From contig CABMCU010000108.1 in assembly GCA_902384685.1 (NCBI GenBank), forward strand, positions 2,344 through 66,343: 64,000 nt of DNA. Direction: 5' to 3'. The translations under genes and the position numbers were made by a program. The stretch is from an uncultured archaeon. GTDB taxonomy: Archaea; Thermoplasmatota; E2; DHVEG-1. Shown here in pieces: positions 21,340 through 33,993 of this stretch (its first letter is position 1; the number at the start of each line of letters is the position of its first letter). The notes beneath the pieces were generated by a model that saw only the letters and a list, made by a program, of their open reading frames with translations, had not been told where the DNA came from and made no database searches.

Positions 21340-21882
21340 TCATGAACGTTGATAAAGTGATTGCCCGATAGAATCCATCGCGACAACAAGCGGACCAAAC
21401 TCTTTTACCTCAAGGATCCAGACTGCCTCAGGCATCCCAAATTCCTCAAACCAATAGACTTGGGAAACATTAGTGATTTTCTCTGCTGCAAGCACTCCAG
21501 CACCCCCCGGAAATGCAGTGTACACTGATCCGGTTTTCTTCAATGCTTTTTTGGTTCTTTCCCCCATACCACCCTTCCCAATAATCAAATGAATATTAAA
21601 CCGATCAAGGAGGATGTCTTCAAATTCTTCCATGCGACTGCTCGTCGTAGGACCCGCAGACACTGCGGTCCATCGCCCATTTTCTTTCTTCATCAACGGT
21701 CCGCAATGATACAACGCCATAGGTGACGGATCAAAGGGAAGATCCTTTAGTTTCATCCCCCGCATCTTCGCATGCGCCCTATCACGCGCAGTAAAAATAT
21801 TCCCTGTTACATAAATGATATCGTTCACCCGTAATTTTTTTAAAACATCAGACGATATTGGAATGGTTACATAATACTCCAA
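21340..21882 (-). CDS. fumB: Fumarate hydratase class I, beta (C-terminal) subunit
   Basis: ~180 aa. Fe-S hydro-lyase beta-type sequence. Adjacent to the alpha subunit. Confidence 0.8.
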   Translation of the reverse strand: MEYYVTIPISSDVLKKLRVNDIIYVTGNIFTARDRAHAKMRGMKLKDLPFDPSPMALYHCGPLMKKENGRWTAVSAGPTTSSRMEEFEDILLDRFNIHLIIGKGGMGERTKKALKKTGSVYTAFPGGAGVLAAEKITNVSQVYWFEEFGMPEAVWILEVKEFGPLVVAMDSIGQSLYQRS

Positions 21883-21883
21883 A

Positions 21884-22744
21884 TTATTTCACCTCCCAAC
21901 TCCCATCTTTATGAATAATCATAGATGCTCGGCGATCTGCCCAACACTGAATCACCACACCAACAGGAAGACTTGCCGGGTGGCGGTGTGCAACCTCTAC
22001 ATGAACATCGAGCGCCGTAACCTTTCCACCAAGCCCCATCGGACCGATACCGGTCTTATTAATCATCGTAAGAAGCTCTTCTTCCAAAGTGGCTATGAGT
22101 TTCTCAACATGACGATTACCAACTGGTCGTAACAATGCGCGTTTTCCTAGGTTCATCACTAAATCGGCATTCCCGCCAATACCAACCCCAACTACAATCG
22201 GTGGACATGGTCTGCCACCAGCCTTTTTTACTGTACTAACAACAAATTGTTTTACGCCCTCAAGCCCAGTAATCGGAGATAACATTCCTAACGCACTCAT
22301 ATTCTCGCTACCACTCCCCTTCGGTAACGTCATGATATGAACAGCATCCCCTTGCTCAAAATCCCAGAGAATATGCGGGAGATACGACCCAAGATTATCG
22401 CCATGGTTTGTACTGGTCATGGGATCAACAGTATTCGGTCGTAACGGGATTTCTAGAGTTGCACGAACAACTGCATGTTCAATAGTTTGTTTTAATCTCC
22501 CTATCGCCGGAAACCCAGTTCCGACGTTTACAAAAAACGTTAAAATACCGGTATCCTGACACATAGGACATCGTTTTTTCTTCGCCATTTCAACATTCGC
22601 AAGCATTCCTTCAAGCTGTACCTTCGCAGCCCCGGTTTCAACAGAAAACGCTTGTTTTAAAGCAGCGATAACATCTGGTGGGATCTCTGTTTCTGCTTTC
22701 AATATTAACTGCAGAAGACCAGCTTCAAGATCTTTTCGATCCAT
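21884..22744 (-). CDS. fumA: Fumarate hydratase class I, alpha (N-terminal) subunit
   Basis: Cys ligands CPMCQDTG ... C; hydro-lyase Fe-S alpha-type. Start taken at the ATG giving MDRKDLEAG. Confidence 0.8.
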   Translation of the reverse strand: MDRKDLEAGLLQLILKAETEIPPDVIAALKQAFSVETGAAKVQLEGMLANVEMAKKKRCPMCQDTGILTFFVNVGTGFPAIGRLKQTIEHAVVRATLEIPLRPNTVDPMTSTNHGDNLGSYLPHILWDFEQGDAVHIMTLPKGSGSENMSALGMLSPITGLEGVKQFVVSTVKKAGGRPCPPIVVGVGIGGNADLVMNLGKRALLRPVGNRHVEKLIATLEEELLTMINKTGIGPMGLGGKVTALDVHVEVAHRHPASLPVGVVIQCWADRRASMIIHKDGSWEVK

Positions 22745-22819
22745 TGTGTCTCCACAGAACCATATCACATTGAACAGATAAGTTTTTTCTATTCAAAAAG
22801 GAAAAAAATAAAAGCGGAT

Positions 22820-24805
22820 TTACCGCTTCTTTCCAATCTCATCAACTGCTTCTGGGTTTGCTAATGTTGAGGTATCACCGACTTCTTGACCAAGTGCTTT
22901 TGCTCGGATTACTCGTCGCATAATCTTTCCGCTTCTTGTTTTTGGTACATCAGAGACAAACCAAATCTCGTCAGGTCGAGCGAGTTTTCCCATCTCTTTT
23001 GCAACGTGGTCTCGCAGTATTTTTTTCAGGTCCTCAGTTGCTTCTACACCTTTCTTTAAAACAACATAGGATGTGATCGATTCTCCTTTCTCCTCATGAG
23101 GTTTTCCAATTACTGCAGCTTCTGCAACCAGAGGATGACTGACAAGGGCAGATTCGACTTCTGAGTTTCCGATTCGGTGACCGGAAATCTTCAGTACATC
23201 ATCTGCTCGTCCCTGGATCCAGAAGTATCCGTCGCTATCTTGGCGAGTTACATCACCAGCGAGGTAGACACCTTTGTACTTCCCCCAGTAGGTTTCTTTG
23301 TATCGCTCTGGATTTTTATAAATACCTCTTAGCATCCCTGGCCATGGGTGGAGTAACACGAGGTTTCCACCACCATTTAATACTGGTTGGCCTTGCTCGT
23401 TGTAAACGGCGGCAGCCATCCCAGGTAATGCTCTTGTTGCAGAGCCTGGTTTCAACGGGGTAATCGGTAATGGGGAAATGACGAAATGCCCGGTTTCAGT
23501 TTGCCACCAGGTGTCCATGATTTGACAGCGTTCACCACCAATATTTTTATAGTACCAGATCCAAGCTTCCGGATTGATTGGTTCTCCGACCGATCCAAGT
23601 AATCGCAGACTACTAAGGTCGTGTTTCTTCGGCCAGTCCTCACCGTGTCTCATAAACAATCGAACACTGGTCGGTGATGTGTAGAACACACTTACACCGT
23701 ACCGTTCAATGATATCCCACCAACGATCAGGTTGTGGCCAGTCAGGTGCTCCTTCATAGATTACTGAAGTTGCACCAAGGATAAGCGGTGCATAAGCGAT
23801 ATAGGAATGTCCGGTAACCCAGCCGATATCAGCGGCGCACCAGTACACATCTTCGTCTTTAATATCAAAGACCCATTTCAAGGTTTGTGCAATACCAACT
23901 GCGTATCCTGCATGAGCATGGATAATTCCTTTTGGCTTTCCTGTCGTCCCGGAGGTATAGAGGAAATATAACGGGTCGTTTGCGTCAAGTTTCTCTGTCT
24001 CACATTCACGAGACATACCCTTAGTGATTTCATGCCACCAAACGTCTTTACTTTTATTCCAGTTTACTTCATCTCCGGTTCTTTTATAGACAATTACATG
24101 TTTCACACTAGGTGCTTCTTTGACTGCTTCATCAGTCTGATTCTTTAAAGGAACTTTTTTACCACGTCGCCAAAAACTATCACAGGTAATCACTGCTTTT
24201 GCTTCACAGTCGTTCATCCGGTCACGGAATGCAGATGCGCTGAATCCAGAAAATACTACGGAGTGGATCGCACCAATCTTTGCACAAGCAAGCATTGCCA
24301 TCGGTAATTCTGGTATCATGGGAAGATAAATACCAACACGATCGCCTTTCTTAATACCCATTTTTCGTAAAGCGTTAGCAAATTTATTAACTTCAATATA
24401 CAAATCATTATACGTTAATTTTCGTATGTCACCTGGTTCTCCTTCGAAGATGAAAGCAACTTTGTTTTTACGCCAGGTTTTCACATGCTTGTCAATTGCA
24501 TCGTGGACAATGTTATATTTCGCGTCGACAAACCATTTCACCCAGGGTGCTTCCCATTCAATAGTTTTTTTTGGAGGTGTGTACCATTCTACAAGATCTT
24601 TAGAGACTTCTTCCCAAAACCATTCCCAGTTATCAGCTTTTTTGTACAGGTCGTCGATTGTTTTTATGTTATGTTTATCCATCCACTGCTTCACATTCGT
24701 GTTATTCACAAATTCTTTTGTTGGTTTAAAAACCCGTTTTTCGTCCATGAGGACCGATATGTTTTCGTCAGTCATGTTAAAATCTCTCCCAAGTTCTTCA
24801 TCCAA
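22820..24805 (-). CDS. acs: Acetyl-CoA synthetase (AMP-forming)
   Basis: 661 aa. Motifs [20 protein letters not shown], terminal ...RSGKIMRR. A hairpin (AAGCGGATTTACCGCTT) overlaps the stop, followed by a T-tract. Confidence 0.9.
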   Translation of the reverse strand: MDEELGRDFNMTDENISVLMDEKRVFKPTKEFVNNTNVKQWMDKHNIKTIDDLYKKADNWEWFWEEVSKDLVEWYTPPKKTIEWEAPWVKWFVDAKYNIVHDAIDKHVKTWRKNKVAFIFEGEPGDIRKLTYNDLYIEVNKFANALRKMGIKKGDRVGIYLPMIPELPMAMLACAKIGAIHSVVFSGFSASAFRDRMNDCEAKAVITCDSFWRRGKKVPLKNQTDEAVKEAPSVKHVIVYKRTGDEVNWNKSKDVWWHEITKGMSRECETEKLDANDPLYFLYTSGTTGKPKGIIHAHAGYAVGIAQTLKWVFDIKDEDVYWCAADIGWVTGHSYIAYAPLILGATSVIYEGAPDWPQPDRWWDIIERYGVSVFYTSPTSVRLFMRHGEDWPKKHDLSSLRLLGSVGEPINPEAWIWYYKNIGGERCQIMDTWWQTETGHFVISPLPITPLKPGSATRALPGMAAAVYNEQGQPVLNGGGNLVLLHPWPGMLRGIYKNPERYKETYWGKYKGVYLAGDVTRQDSDGYFWIQGRADDVLKISGHRIGNSEVESALVSHPLVAEAAVIGKPHEEKGESITSYVVLKKGVEATEDLKKILRDHVAKEMGKLARPDEIWFVSDVPKTRSGKIMRRVIRAKALGQEVGDTSTLANPEAVDEIGKKR

Positions 24806-24966
24806 TTATTCATATTATTATATATATCTAATGTTGGTAGCCTATAAAGACCCTTGAAATGATGGTCTTTAAAGCAGTTCCCTATCAAGTAATAGGGATG
24901 TGCCGCAATAGAGTTGTAGTATAAGTAGTTTTTCATCTTTTCTTTTGATTTTTCTCGATAAAACAT

Positions 24967-26049
24967 CTATGAAACACCACAAATAATCTTGTTGACAAGG
25001 GGTGGAAAATCAAACTCTTTAATCACTTCCATACGCTCTACCATATAAGTACTAATGAATGGTGGGTGGGAGAATAAATTATTTTCTTTTAGAAACCTGA
25101 TTTTATTCATTTCATCTTCTTTGTAATCTTGATAGGTCTGGTAAACTGAGAGGAGAACTGCTTCAAATTTCCTGCTTGCAAAAAATATTGTTGATGGAGA
25201 ATTCAAGAATGAGAAATCATGCGTGCTGGGGGCTTTATTTAAGTTGAATCTGATGTGATAGAATGTGAGGATTTCTACACCTAATGTTTTGAGATTTGGG
25301 AGGATGAGCGTCTGTAACAATCCTTCTTCGAAAAATTCTTTTTTCATGCGAGCGACCGTATGTCGTGAAAGATTAACGAGATTCCCTATTTGTTGTGTAG
25401 TCGCGGTTGGATGCTCTACCAACGCGCTGTACACTTTTTTTTCTTTCGATGTTAATGCAACCGTCGTGACGTTGCGGAAGAGATCAGAGGTTATTGATAT
25501 TTTTTGTGTATCGCCTAGTCCGTATACGTTTTGGAAAAACGCGGAGAAATCAAAAAATCGGTGGATGTAACTTGTTTCAAATGGAAAGATTACTTCATGA
25601 GGATATTCTTTCTCCAGGAGTCCAAGTTTTCCAAATGTTTCTGTTCGTATCTCATTAATTCGTCCAATGTTGGTGTAATTCTGTGAGAGACTAATCGAGA
25701 ATCCTTTTTCTTCTTCTCCTACAGAAAAAAAGATTTCATCGAAAACTTCAATGGTCCGTTTGGTCGTCTCTATCCTCTCTTTTAGTGGAATCACAGGATT
25801 GAATTGCATGTAAATAATCGCGAGGAGTTCACAACCAAGGCGGTTGGGGAGCGGGAAGATGATGGTTCGGTAATATCCTTGTGTCGTGAGTCGTCGTTTG
25901 ATCGATGTGAATGTAGATAGTTTCATCTGTAATATCGCAGAAAGTTCACTGTCGGTGATAGTTGGGTAATTGCAGATTCCGTTTAGGACTTTTTTTTCGT
26001 TTTTGTTTAATATTGGTTGATTCACAGTCCCGGAACGAAAAACACCCAT
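24967..26049 (-). CDS. Putative transcriptional regulator with two winged-helix (MarR/Lrp-like) HTH domains
   Basis: Two HTH-like segments (EKKVLNGICNYPTITDSELSAILQMKLSTFTSIKRRLTTQGYY and EKKVYSALVEHPTATTQQIGNLVNLSRHTVARMKKEFFEEGLL). Sits divergently between acs and the aconitase-idh-acl operon. Confidence 0.45.
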   Translation of the reverse strand: MGVFRSGTVNQPILNKNEKKVLNGICNYPTITDSELSAILQMKLSTFTSIKRRLTTQGYYRTIIFPLPNRLGCELLAIIYMQFNPVIPLKERIETTKRTIEVFDEIFFSVGEEEKGFSISLSQNYTNIGRINEIRTETFGKLGLLEKEYPHEVIFPFETSYIHRFFDFSAFFQNVYGLGDTQKISITSDLFRNVTTVALTSKEKKVYSALVEHPTATTQQIGNLVNLSRHTVARMKKEFFEEGLLQTLILPNLKTLGVEILTFYHIRFNLNKAPSTHDFSFLNSPSTIFFASRKFEAVLLSVYQTYQDYKEDEMNKIRFLKENNLFSHPPFISTYMVERMEVIKEFDFPPLVNKIICGVS

Positions 26050-26233
26050 AAATAATTATCTCATATTACTCAATTATTTTTTAAATTTTAGTAAAAAGAG
26101 CAATAAAATAAATAAATTTTGCTAAATTACTATATATTTTCCTCTGAATCGTCTATATGAGGAAATCATTACCAAAAGTTTATTAAACCTTTTTTATATT
26201 TCCGCACCAACAGCTAACACGAGAGGTTTGATT

Positions 26234-28174
26234 ATGGGAAAAACAATCACAGAAAAAATACTTGCTACCCACATTATAGAAGGAAAATCAGAAAAAGGAA
26301 AAGAAGTCGGTATTAAAATAGACCAAACACTCACCCAAGATGCTACTGGAACCATGGCGTATCTTCAATTTGAAGCAATGAATGTTCCAAAAGTTAAAAC
26401 GGAACTATCTGTTAGTTACGTTGATCACAATACCGTTCAAATCGGTTTTGAAAATGCAGACGACCACAAATATTTACAAAGCGTCGCTGCAAAATACGGC
26501 ATCGTCTACTCACGTGCTGGAAACGGAATCTGTCATCAGATTCATCTCGAGCGATTCGGAAAACCAGGTAAAACACTTCTTGGTTCAGATTCACATACTC
26601 CCACAGGTGGAGGCATCGGTATGATCGCAATTGGTGCCGGAGGACTTGATGTTGCCGTCGCAATGGCTGGAAGACCTTTCTACCTCACCTACCCAAAGGT
26701 TATCAAGATTAATCTTACTGGAAAACTCAGACCCTGGGTGGCTGCAAAAGATGTGATTTTAAAAGTTCTCGAAATTTTCTCGACCAAGGGAAACGTAGGG
26801 TATGTTTTTGAATACGGTGGTGAAGGTGTCAAAACACTCTCTGTTCCAGACCGTGCAACCATCACGAACATGGGTGCAGAATGTGGAGTGACTACTTCGG
26901 TTTTTCCTAGCGATGAGACTACGAAACAATTCCTCAAAGCGCAGGGCAGGGAAAAAGACTGGGTTGAACTTCTCGCAGACGATGATGCAACTTATGACCG
27001 CGTCGTCAACATCAACCTTAGTGAGCTTGAGCCACTCGCAGCAACACCACACAGCCCTGGCAACATTAAGAAAATAAGGGACATCGAAGGCCTAGCTGTT
27101 GATCAGGTCTGTATCGGAAGCTGTACAAACTCCTCCTATACTGACATGATGACAATTGCCAACATTCTGAAAGATAAGAAAGTCCACCCGAATGTCAGTT
27201 TCGTCGTCGCCCCTGGGTCAAAACAAGTACTTGAAAATATTACTCGAGATGGTGGCCTTGCGTATCTCTTTGGTGCTGGCGCGCGACTTGCTGAATCCGC
27301 CTGCGGGTTCTGCATTGGGAATAGCCAGTCGCCAAAATCCGGTGCGATTTCATTACGTACGAGTAATCGAAAATTTCTTGGAAGATCAGGAACCAAATAC
27401 GCACAGGTTTATCTTGTCAGCCCTGAGACCGCTGCTGCAGCTGTTATCACCGGTAAAATCACCGACCCACGAGATTTAGAAAAAATTAACATCCAATATC
27501 CCAAGATGACGATGCCGAAGAAATTCTATATCGACGATGGTATGTTCATTATGCCTCCCGCAGATTCCTCGAAAATCAGAATTCAGCGTGGACCAAACAT
27601 CGGTGAACCACCGAAAAACACCGCGCTTCCTGAGTCAATCAAAGCAGAAGTCACTATCAAAGTCGGTGATGAAATCACCACGGACCACATCATCCCCGCT
27701 GGAGCGAAAATGAAGTATCGCTCTAATATCCCGAAATACGCAGAGTTCCTCTTTGAAGTTGTTGATCCGAAGTTCTATGATCGTGCGAAAAAGATTAAGG
27801 AATCTGGCTTGCAAAATGTTATTGTCGCTGGTGTCAGCTATGGCCAAGGGTCCTCACGGGAACATGCTGCTCTCTGTCCTATGTATATGGGCGTGAAAGT
27901 AGTTATTGCGAAAAGCATGGAACGAATCCATAAGGCAAACCTGATTAACTTTGGAATTATTCCCTTAACCTTCGTAAACAAAGAGGATTACATACTCATT
28001 GATCAGGGAGACCACCTTGAGATACCTGGGATACGTAAAGTACTTTCAGGCAAAGGAAACAGTGTAACAGTCATCGATACGACAAAGGGAAAGGAATTCC
28101 AAACGGCCTTTGATCTTACAGAACGTGACAAGAAAATCATCCTTGTGGGGGGGTCACTCAACTACATAAAATAA
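26234..28174 (+). CDS. acn: Aconitate hydratase (aconitase family, ~650 aa form)
   Basis: Aconitase motifs GSDSHT, Fe-S ligand Cys in IGSCTNSS and CGFCIG, swivel domain at C-terminus. GAGAGG RBS 8 nt upstream of ATG 26234. Confidence 0.85.
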   Translation: MGKTITEKILATHIIEGKSEKGKEVGIKIDQTLTQDATGTMAYLQFEAMNVPKVKTELSVSYVDHNTVQIGFENADDHKYLQSVAAKYGIVYSRAGNGICHQIHLERFGKPGKTLLGSDSHTPTGGGIGMIAIGAGGLDVAVAMAGRPFYLTYPKVIKINLTGKLRPWVAAKDVILKVLEIFSTKGNVGYVFEYGGEGVKTLSVPDRATITNMGAECGVTTSVFPSDETTKQFLKAQGREKDWVELLADDDATYDRVVNINLSELEPLAATPHSPGNIKKIRDIEGLAVDQVCIGSCTNSSYTDMMTIANILKDKKVHPNVSFVVAPGSKQVLENITRDGGLAYLFGAGARLAESACGFCIGNSQSPKSGAISLRTSNRKFLGRSGTKYAQVYLVSPETAAAAVITGKITDPRDLEKINIQYPKMTMPKKFYIDDGMFIMPPADSSKIRIQRGPNIGEPPKNTALPESIKAEVTIKVGDEITTDHIIPAGAKMKYRSNIPKYAEFLFEVVDPKFYDRAKKIKESGLQNVIVAGVSYGQGSSREHAALCPMYMGVKVVIAKSMERIHKANLINFGIIPLTFVNKEDYILIDQGDHLEIPGIRKVLSGKGNSVTVIDTTKGKEFQTAFDLTERDKKIILVGGSLNYIK

Positions 28175-28193
28175 GAAAGGAGAAATCAAACAT

Positions 28194-29429
28194 ATGAAAA
28201 AAAGAATTGACACCAAAAACAAGATTAAAATGAAAAATACGATCGTAGAAATCGATGGAGATGAAATGACCAGAGTTATGTGGTCAATGGTCAAAGAGAA
28301 ACTCCTCATTCCGTTTCTTGACATGAATCTTGAGTATTATGATCTCGGATTGAAAACACGTGATGAAACCGATGATAAAATCACTATTGAGGCAGCAAAT
28401 GCGATTAAAAGACATGGTGTAGGTGTCAAATGTGCGACAATCACGCCGAACAAAGATCGTATTAAGGAATACAATTTAAAAAGGGAATGGCCAAGTCCGA
28501 ATGGTACCATTCGAGCAATCCTCGATGGAACAGTATTCCGCAGTCCAATCCTGGCTAAGAACATTCCACCTTGTGTACGGAATTGGACGAAACCAATTCA
28601 TATCGGCAGACACGCATACGGTGACGTCTACAAGAATCAGGAAATTCGTGTTCCTGGGCCAGGAAAAGCAGAGCTATCGTTTACACCCGCTGACGGTGGA
28701 CAACCCATGAAACTAACTATACATGAGTTCAAAGGACCAGGAATCATCCAGGGGATTCACAACACTGACAAGTCCATCAATAGCTTTGCAAAAGCATGTT
28801 TCACCTATGCATTGGATCTCAAAGTACCTCTTTGGTTTGCAGTGAAAGACACCATCTCAAAGACGTATGATGCGCGATTCCGGCAGATTTTCCAGGAGGA
28901 GTTTGAGAAAAACTGGAAGAAAAAATACGAGGAAACAGGAATCGAATATTTCTTTACTTTAATAGATGACGCTGTCGCTCGTATCATGAAATCCGAAGGC
29001 GGTATACTATGGGCATGTAAGAACTATGATGGAGATGTGTTATCTGATATGCTTGGGTCCGCGTACGGGAGTCTTGCGATGATGACCTCTGTCCTTGTAT
29101 CGCCAGAAGGATTCTTTGAATATGAGGCGGCGCATGGGACCGTTCAGAAACATTATTATAAATATTTGAAAGGTGAGAAGACCAGTTCAAATCCCATGGC
29201 TCTTATTTTCGCTTGGACCGGTGCCTTGAAGAAACGAGGGGAGTTGGATAACACCCCGGACGTCGTCGAATTTGCTCATAAACTTGAACAGGCATCATTA
29301 GAGACAATTCAAAGTGGTATCATGACCGGAGATCTTCTCAGGGTAGTATTACCGAATCAGAAAAACAAACAAGTCTACACTGAGGAGTTCATTGATTCAA
29401 TCGCGGATCATTTGAAGAAAAAAATGTAA
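28194..29429 (+). CDS. idh: NADP-dependent isocitrate dehydrogenase, eukaryote-type (subfamily II)
   Basis: Near-collinear match to the IDH1/IDH2-type enzyme ([13 protein letters not shown]..., [38 protein letters not shown]). AGGAG RBS upstream. Confidence 0.9.
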   Translation: MKKRIDTKNKIKMKNTIVEIDGDEMTRVMWSMVKEKLLIPFLDMNLEYYDLGLKTRDETDDKITIEAANAIKRHGVGVKCATITPNKDRIKEYNLKREWPSPNGTIRAILDGTVFRSPILAKNIPPCVRNWTKPIHIGRHAYGDVYKNQEIRVPGPGKAELSFTPADGGQPMKLTIHEFKGPGIIQGIHNTDKSINSFAKACFTYALDLKVPLWFAVKDTISKTYDARFRQIFQEEFEKNWKKKYEETGIEYFFTLIDDAVARIMKSEGGILWACKNYDGDVLSDMLGSAYGSLAMMTSVLVSPEGFFEYEAAHGTVQKHYYKYLKGEKTSSNPMALIFAWTGALKKRGELDNTPDVVEFAHKLEQASLETIQSGIMTGDLLRVVLPNQKNKQVYTEEFIDSIADHLKKKM

Positions 29430-29446
29430 AAAAAGGAGGATGAAAT

Positions 29447-30724
29447 ATGGCGCAGAAAGCAATCCGAGAGGCAGACGGAAAACGCATGATCGCACGTTTA
29501 CTAAAAGAGTATACGAATAAGAAATATACCGTCGATGAGAAGTTTGTGACGGTTGGACCACAGACCGATCTAAAGCGACTTCCGGCTATCTACAAATGGC
29601 TTATGAAAGAAAAACTGGTGGTAAAACCAGACCAACTTATCAAAAGACGAGGGAAAAGCAAACTTTTACTTCTGAATGTGGATTGGAAGGAAGCGGAGAA
29701 ATGGATTAAACAGCACATGAACAAACCAGTAACTGTTGGAACTGTAACCGGTACTCTTGATCATTTTATCGTTGAACCATTCGTTCCACATAATGAGAAT
29801 GATGAATATTACCTTGCGATCCTCTCACAGCGAGAAGGTGATCAGATATTATTCCATCGTCAGGGCGGTATTAACGTCGGTGATATTGATGCAAAGGCAG
29901 TTCGTATGAGTATCCCAATTGGGACGTATCCATCCGCTTCAGATATTGAGAAAAAACTTCTTAGCAACGTTCCGAAGGAACGACGAGAACTGATTGCGGG
30001 TTTCATTGAAGGAATGTTTAAATTCTATGCAGATCTCAACTACACCTACCTTGAGATTAACCCATTTGTCGTGAGTAATAATCGTGTTTTCCCCTTAGAT
30101 CTTGCAGCGAAACTCGATGACACCGCTGAGTTTATCAGCGGGAAAAAATGGGGTGGAATAAAATTTCCATCACCGTTTGGACGCACGCTTTCAAAAGAAG
30201 AAGCATATATCGAAGACCTTGATTCTAAGACAGGTGCATCATTAAAACTCACAGTCATCAACCCGGAAGGACGGGTGTGGACCATGGTCGCGGGTGGTGG
30301 AGCATCCGTCATTTACGCAGACACAATTACAGACCTGGGGTTCATGAATGAGATGGCGAACTATGGTGAATACTCTGGTGATCCAAACGAAGAATTCACT
30401 TATCTTTATGCACGAACAATCCTAGATCTGATGACCCGGAAGAAAAATCCGAAGGGAAAATTCTTACTGATTGGTGGTGGTATCGCAAACTTTACCGATG
30501 TTGCGAACACGTTCAAAGGTATAGTAAGAGCCTTGAAAGAATACAAAGAGAAACTCCGTGAAAACAAAGTGAAGATCTATGTTCGTCGAGGTGGACCAAA
30601 CTACAAAGAAGGTCTCCGGGTCATGCGGGAGTTAGGGGAGCAGCTCGGTGTTCCGATTGAAGTCTACGGACCAGAGACACATATGACAAAGATTGTTACA
30701 ATGGCGTTGAAAGGAGGGAAGTAA
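29447..30724 (+). CDS. aclB: ATP-citrate lyase subunit B (ATP-grasp, small subunit)
   Basis: N-terminus aligns with human ACLY N-terminus ([55 protein letters not shown]). AAGGAGG RBS. Confidence 0.85.
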   Translation: MAQKAIREADGKRMIARLLKEYTNKKYTVDEKFVTVGPQTDLKRLPAIYKWLMKEKLVVKPDQLIKRRGKSKLLLLNVDWKEAEKWIKQHMNKPVTVGTVTGTLDHFIVEPFVPHNENDEYYLAILSQREGDQILFHRQGGINVGDIDAKAVRMSIPIGTYPSASDIEKKLLSNVPKERRELIAGFIEGMFKFYADLNYTYLEINPFVVSNNRVFPLDLAAKLDDTAEFISGKKWGGIKFPSPFGRTLSKEEAYIEDLDSKTGASLKLTVINPEGRVWTMVAGGGASVIYADTITDLGFMNEMANYGEYSGDPNEEFTYLYARTILDLMTRKKNPKGKFLLIGGGIANFTDVANTFKGIVRALKEYKEKLRENKVKIYVRRGGPNYKEGLRVMRELGEQLGVPIEVYGPETHMTKIVTMALKGGK

Positions 30725-30726
30725 CC

Positions 30727-32565
30727 ATGGCAAGAAAAGAATATATTTTGTTTGATAAAGATACCCAGGCGTTCATCTATAACATGCAGACTAATGCCGT
30801 GCAGCGGATGTTGGATTTCGATTATGTTGCAGGCAGAAAAACTCCTTCTGTTGCTGCGATTATCAACCCAACCGGATCTGATGGTTTCCAAAAGTTCTTC
30901 TTCGGGCCAAAAGAAATTCTTGTCCCGGTGTATAAATCAATGAAGAACGCAATGGATCGATATAAAAACGTGGATGTGATGATCAATTTTGCATCATTCC
31001 GGTCCGCTGCAGCGTCAACCGAGGAAGCATTTGCGTTTCCGCAGATTAGAACGGTTGTAATTATCGCAGAAGGTATCCCGGAACGTAGAATGCGGGAGTT
31101 GATTGCAAGAGCAAAACAACTGAATAAAATCATTATCGGGCCAGCGACCGTCGGAGGAATTGTTGCCAGAGCATTTAAAATCGGGAACACCGGGGGAACT
31201 ATTGAGAATATCATGGATTCGAAACTTCATCGACCAGGCTCAGTTGGTTTTGTGTCAAAATCTGGTGGGTTGAGTAACGAGGCATACAACATTGTGGCAC
31301 AGAACACAGATGGTCTCTATGAGGGAATAGCGATTGGTGGCGATCGGTACCCTGGGTCGACTTTACTGGAGCATTTATTACGATTCGAGAAGAACCCTGC
31401 GATTAAAATGCTCGTATGTCTCGGGGAAGTCGGTGGTTCTGACGAATATACAATTGTTGATGCGTTGAAAAAGAAGCAGATCACTAAACCCCTTGTGATG
31501 TGGGTGACGGGGACCTGTTCGAAAGCTTTTAAAACCGAGGTCCAGTTTGGTCATGCGGGAGCAAAGGCAGGCTCAGATTCCGAAACAGCGGATGCGAAGA
31601 ACGATGCACTCAAAGCAGCAGGCGCTGTTGTTCCGAATTCCTTTGATGATTACGGAGAGAAAATTGCGATGGTCTATAGAGACCTCGTGAAAAGGAAAAT
31701 CATCGTCCCTACACTAGAACCCCCTGTTGTGAAGATCCCGATGGATTATAACACAGCCATAAAAGCGAAACTGGTGAGACGGCCAGCGAACTTCATTTCT
31801 ACAATTTCCGATGATCGTGGTGAAGAGCTCCTCTATGGAAATATGCCGATCTCTGAGGTGTTCAAAAAAGATATTGGTATCGGTGGTGTGCTTTCTATCC
31901 TGTGGTTTAAGAAACTATTACCCGACTATGCGACGAAGTTCATTGAAATGGCGATCATGGTGACCGCTGATCATGGACCTGCCGTGTCAGGTGCGCATAA
32001 CACGATTGTTGCGGCTCGCGCAGGCAAAGATCTTATTTCTTCTCTTGTCTCTGGGATGCTTACCATCGGTCCACGGTTCGGTGGTGCTATTGATGGTGCT
32101 GCACAGATGTTCTCTGAGGCGTATGATGCGGGTAAAACACCTCAGCAGTTCGTCGATGATATGAAAATAAAAGGAGTCAATATCCAAGGGATTGGTCATC
32201 TCGTGAAATCCATCCACAATCCTGACATGCGTGTCACAATAATTAGTTCATATGCAAAGAAGCATTTCAAGAGCACCCCGCTTCTTGATTATGCACGAGA
32301 AGTGGAGAAAATCACGACATCAAAAAGGGATAATCTCATTTTGAATGTGGATGGATGCATTGGGATTTGTTTTGTCGATTTACTGAGATCAGAGCTGACG
32401 AAGCAAGAAGCAGATGACTATATCAAAATGGGTGCATTGAACGGCTTGTTCGTCCTTGGTCGGAGTATCGGATTAATCGGACATTATCTTGATCAGAAGC
32501 GTCTGAAACAGGGTTTGTACCGCCACCCCTGGGACGATATTGCATATATGCTTCTAGAAAAATAA
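30727..32565 (+). CDS. aclA: ATP-citrate lyase subunit A (CoA-binding/phosphohistidine + citrate-synthase-like domain)
   Basis: 612 aa. Phosphohistidine motif [11 protein letters not shown]-terminal citrate synthase-like region. 2-nt spacer after aclB with GGAGGG RBS. Confidence 0.85.
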   Translation: MARKEYILFDKDTQAFIYNMQTNAVQRMLDFDYVAGRKTPSVAAIINPTGSDGFQKFFFGPKEILVPVYKSMKNAMDRYKNVDVMINFASFRSAAASTEEAFAFPQIRTVVIIAEGIPERRMRELIARAKQLNKIIIGPATVGGIVARAFKIGNTGGTIENIMDSKLHRPGSVGFVSKSGGLSNEAYNIVAQNTDGLYEGIAIGGDRYPGSTLLEHLLRFEKNPAIKMLVCLGEVGGSDEYTIVDALKKKQITKPLVMWVTGTCSKAFKTEVQFGHAGAKAGSDSETADAKNDALKAAGAVVPNSFDDYGEKIAMVYRDLVKRKIIVPTLEPPVVKIPMDYNTAIKAKLVRRPANFISTISDDRGEELLYGNMPISEVFKKDIGIGGVLSILWFKKLLPDYATKFIEMAIMVTADHGPAVSGAHNTIVAARAGKDLISSLVSGMLTIGPRFGGAIDGAAQMFSEAYDAGKTPQQFVDDMKIKGVNIQGIGHLVKSIHNPDMRVTIISSYAKKHFKSTPLLDYAREVEKITTSKRDNLILNVDGCIGICFVDLLRSELTKQEADDYIKMGALNGLFVLGRSIGLIGHYLDQKRLKQGLYRHPWDDIAYMLLEK

Positions 32566-32582
32566 TGAAACACATAGATATG

Positions 32583-32612
32583 AGCCGCTCATCTCGGCTT
32601 TTTCTTTTTTTT
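32583..32612 (+). terminator. Hairpin plus T-tract terminator-like element after aclA
   Basis: GAGCCGctcatctCGGCT followed by TTTTCTTTTTTTT. Confidence 0.45.
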
Positions 32613-32672
32613 GTTATATTTTAATTTATTCATGCAATATAAAATAAAAATTGTTATTCCCATTAAATTGTG

Positions 32673-33197
32673 TTATATGTATTCTACGAGGTTTTTTATT
32701 TGAGGGTTCTTGAAACCATTCTTACGGACTGGAAAAAGAGTCTCAAGGAGTTGATATCCTCCAAAATATTTTCCAAGTCTTCCGAATAATCCATCAACTA
32801 CTTTTTTTGCAGTCAAAATATCAGGGGCGTAAAATGTCACGACTGCATCGTGCATTCCATGAGTAATTAAAATATCATCGATTTTTATCCCATTTGGAAG
32901 GCTGTCATCGAGCTTTTCTAAGATTACTTCTTTTTTCATTGCATCATCTAAGTGTAATGTGCTTCTCTTCAATAGCAGGACAAAGTACCTGAGATTTTTT
33001 TCTTCTGCATCCACTAAAGCAGAATACCCCCAAATTCTCTTCTCTTTTTCCAGATTTTTAATAATCCTTGCGATTTTCTGCGGGGATAAACCACATCTCT
33101 TACCCAGCTCACTGATGCTGTCCTTTGCATGTTGCTCTAAAGCATCTAAAACTTTAATCTCATCCCTTTTCATTGATTCTATGCTACTTTTCGACAA
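32673..33197 (-). CDS. Lrp/AsnC family transcriptional regulator
   Basis: HTH (LDALEQHAKDSISELGKRCGLSPQKIARIIKNL) plus RAM-like C-terminal domain. 174 aa. Confidence 0.7.
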   Translation of the reverse strand: MSKSSIESMKRDEIKVLDALEQHAKDSISELGKRCGLSPQKIARIIKNLEKEKRIWGYSALVDAEEKNLRYFVLLLKRSTLHLDDAMKKEVILEKLDDSLPNGIKIDDILITHGMHDAVVTFYAPDILTAKKVVDGLFGRLGKYFGGYQLLETLFPVRKNGFKNPQIKNLVEYI

Positions 33198-33993
33198 GTG
33201 TTCAACCTTCCTTTTCCTGTGTATTCAATAAATCTGTTTTTGAACCAGAGATTATCGCAGAATTATAACTATTTCTTACATAAAAACATATCTTGGCACG
33301 ATGTTTTTGTTAAAATCAATAAAAGCACGCCTAGCGAGAGATTGTTGGCGGTTCTTAATACCTCCAACGCCTCCCCATAGATTAGCATTAGATACTAAAT
33401 ACCCTCTGTTAATCTAACTAGGCATGTTATTATTTGTCATTCCTTATATTTATAATTTACCTTGTTTTTACTTGATTTTAACTGTTTTCCTTTGTTTTTT
33501 CTTACTTTTACTCGAAACTAAGGAAAGAGCAATAATCGTTAAATAAGTCATAAAAAGATCAGAAAAGATGTAACAATATGGTGACAAAAAAGAAGCAGAG
33601 AAGAATTGTGTTTGACGAGCTTTCAGAAAAATAAAAAGTTGGAGACGAATGGAATGACGTCGCCATTCGTCCTAATTCTAAAAACAGTAGAAGGAGAACA
33701 ATGTGAAGACCTCTGCTAGATGTTTTTACCTAAAACAGTATACTATAGGTATCATGCAACCAACGAAGAGGCATTTTCTTTTTTTTAATGGAATAATACT
33801 GGGAGGGACTGGTTCGTTGGTTATCGTAGCTATGAATGGCTGGTTTTGACTGACTGTAAGTTCTTCAGAGGTGAGCAAGAAAATTATCTGATTTAAGCAC
33901 TGTTTCAAACTAATAGAAAAGAAAAAAGAGTTGGTGCTGAATAAGAAAATAATGCTTTGTGCACCAAGTCCTATTCTTTGATAATACTCCTGT

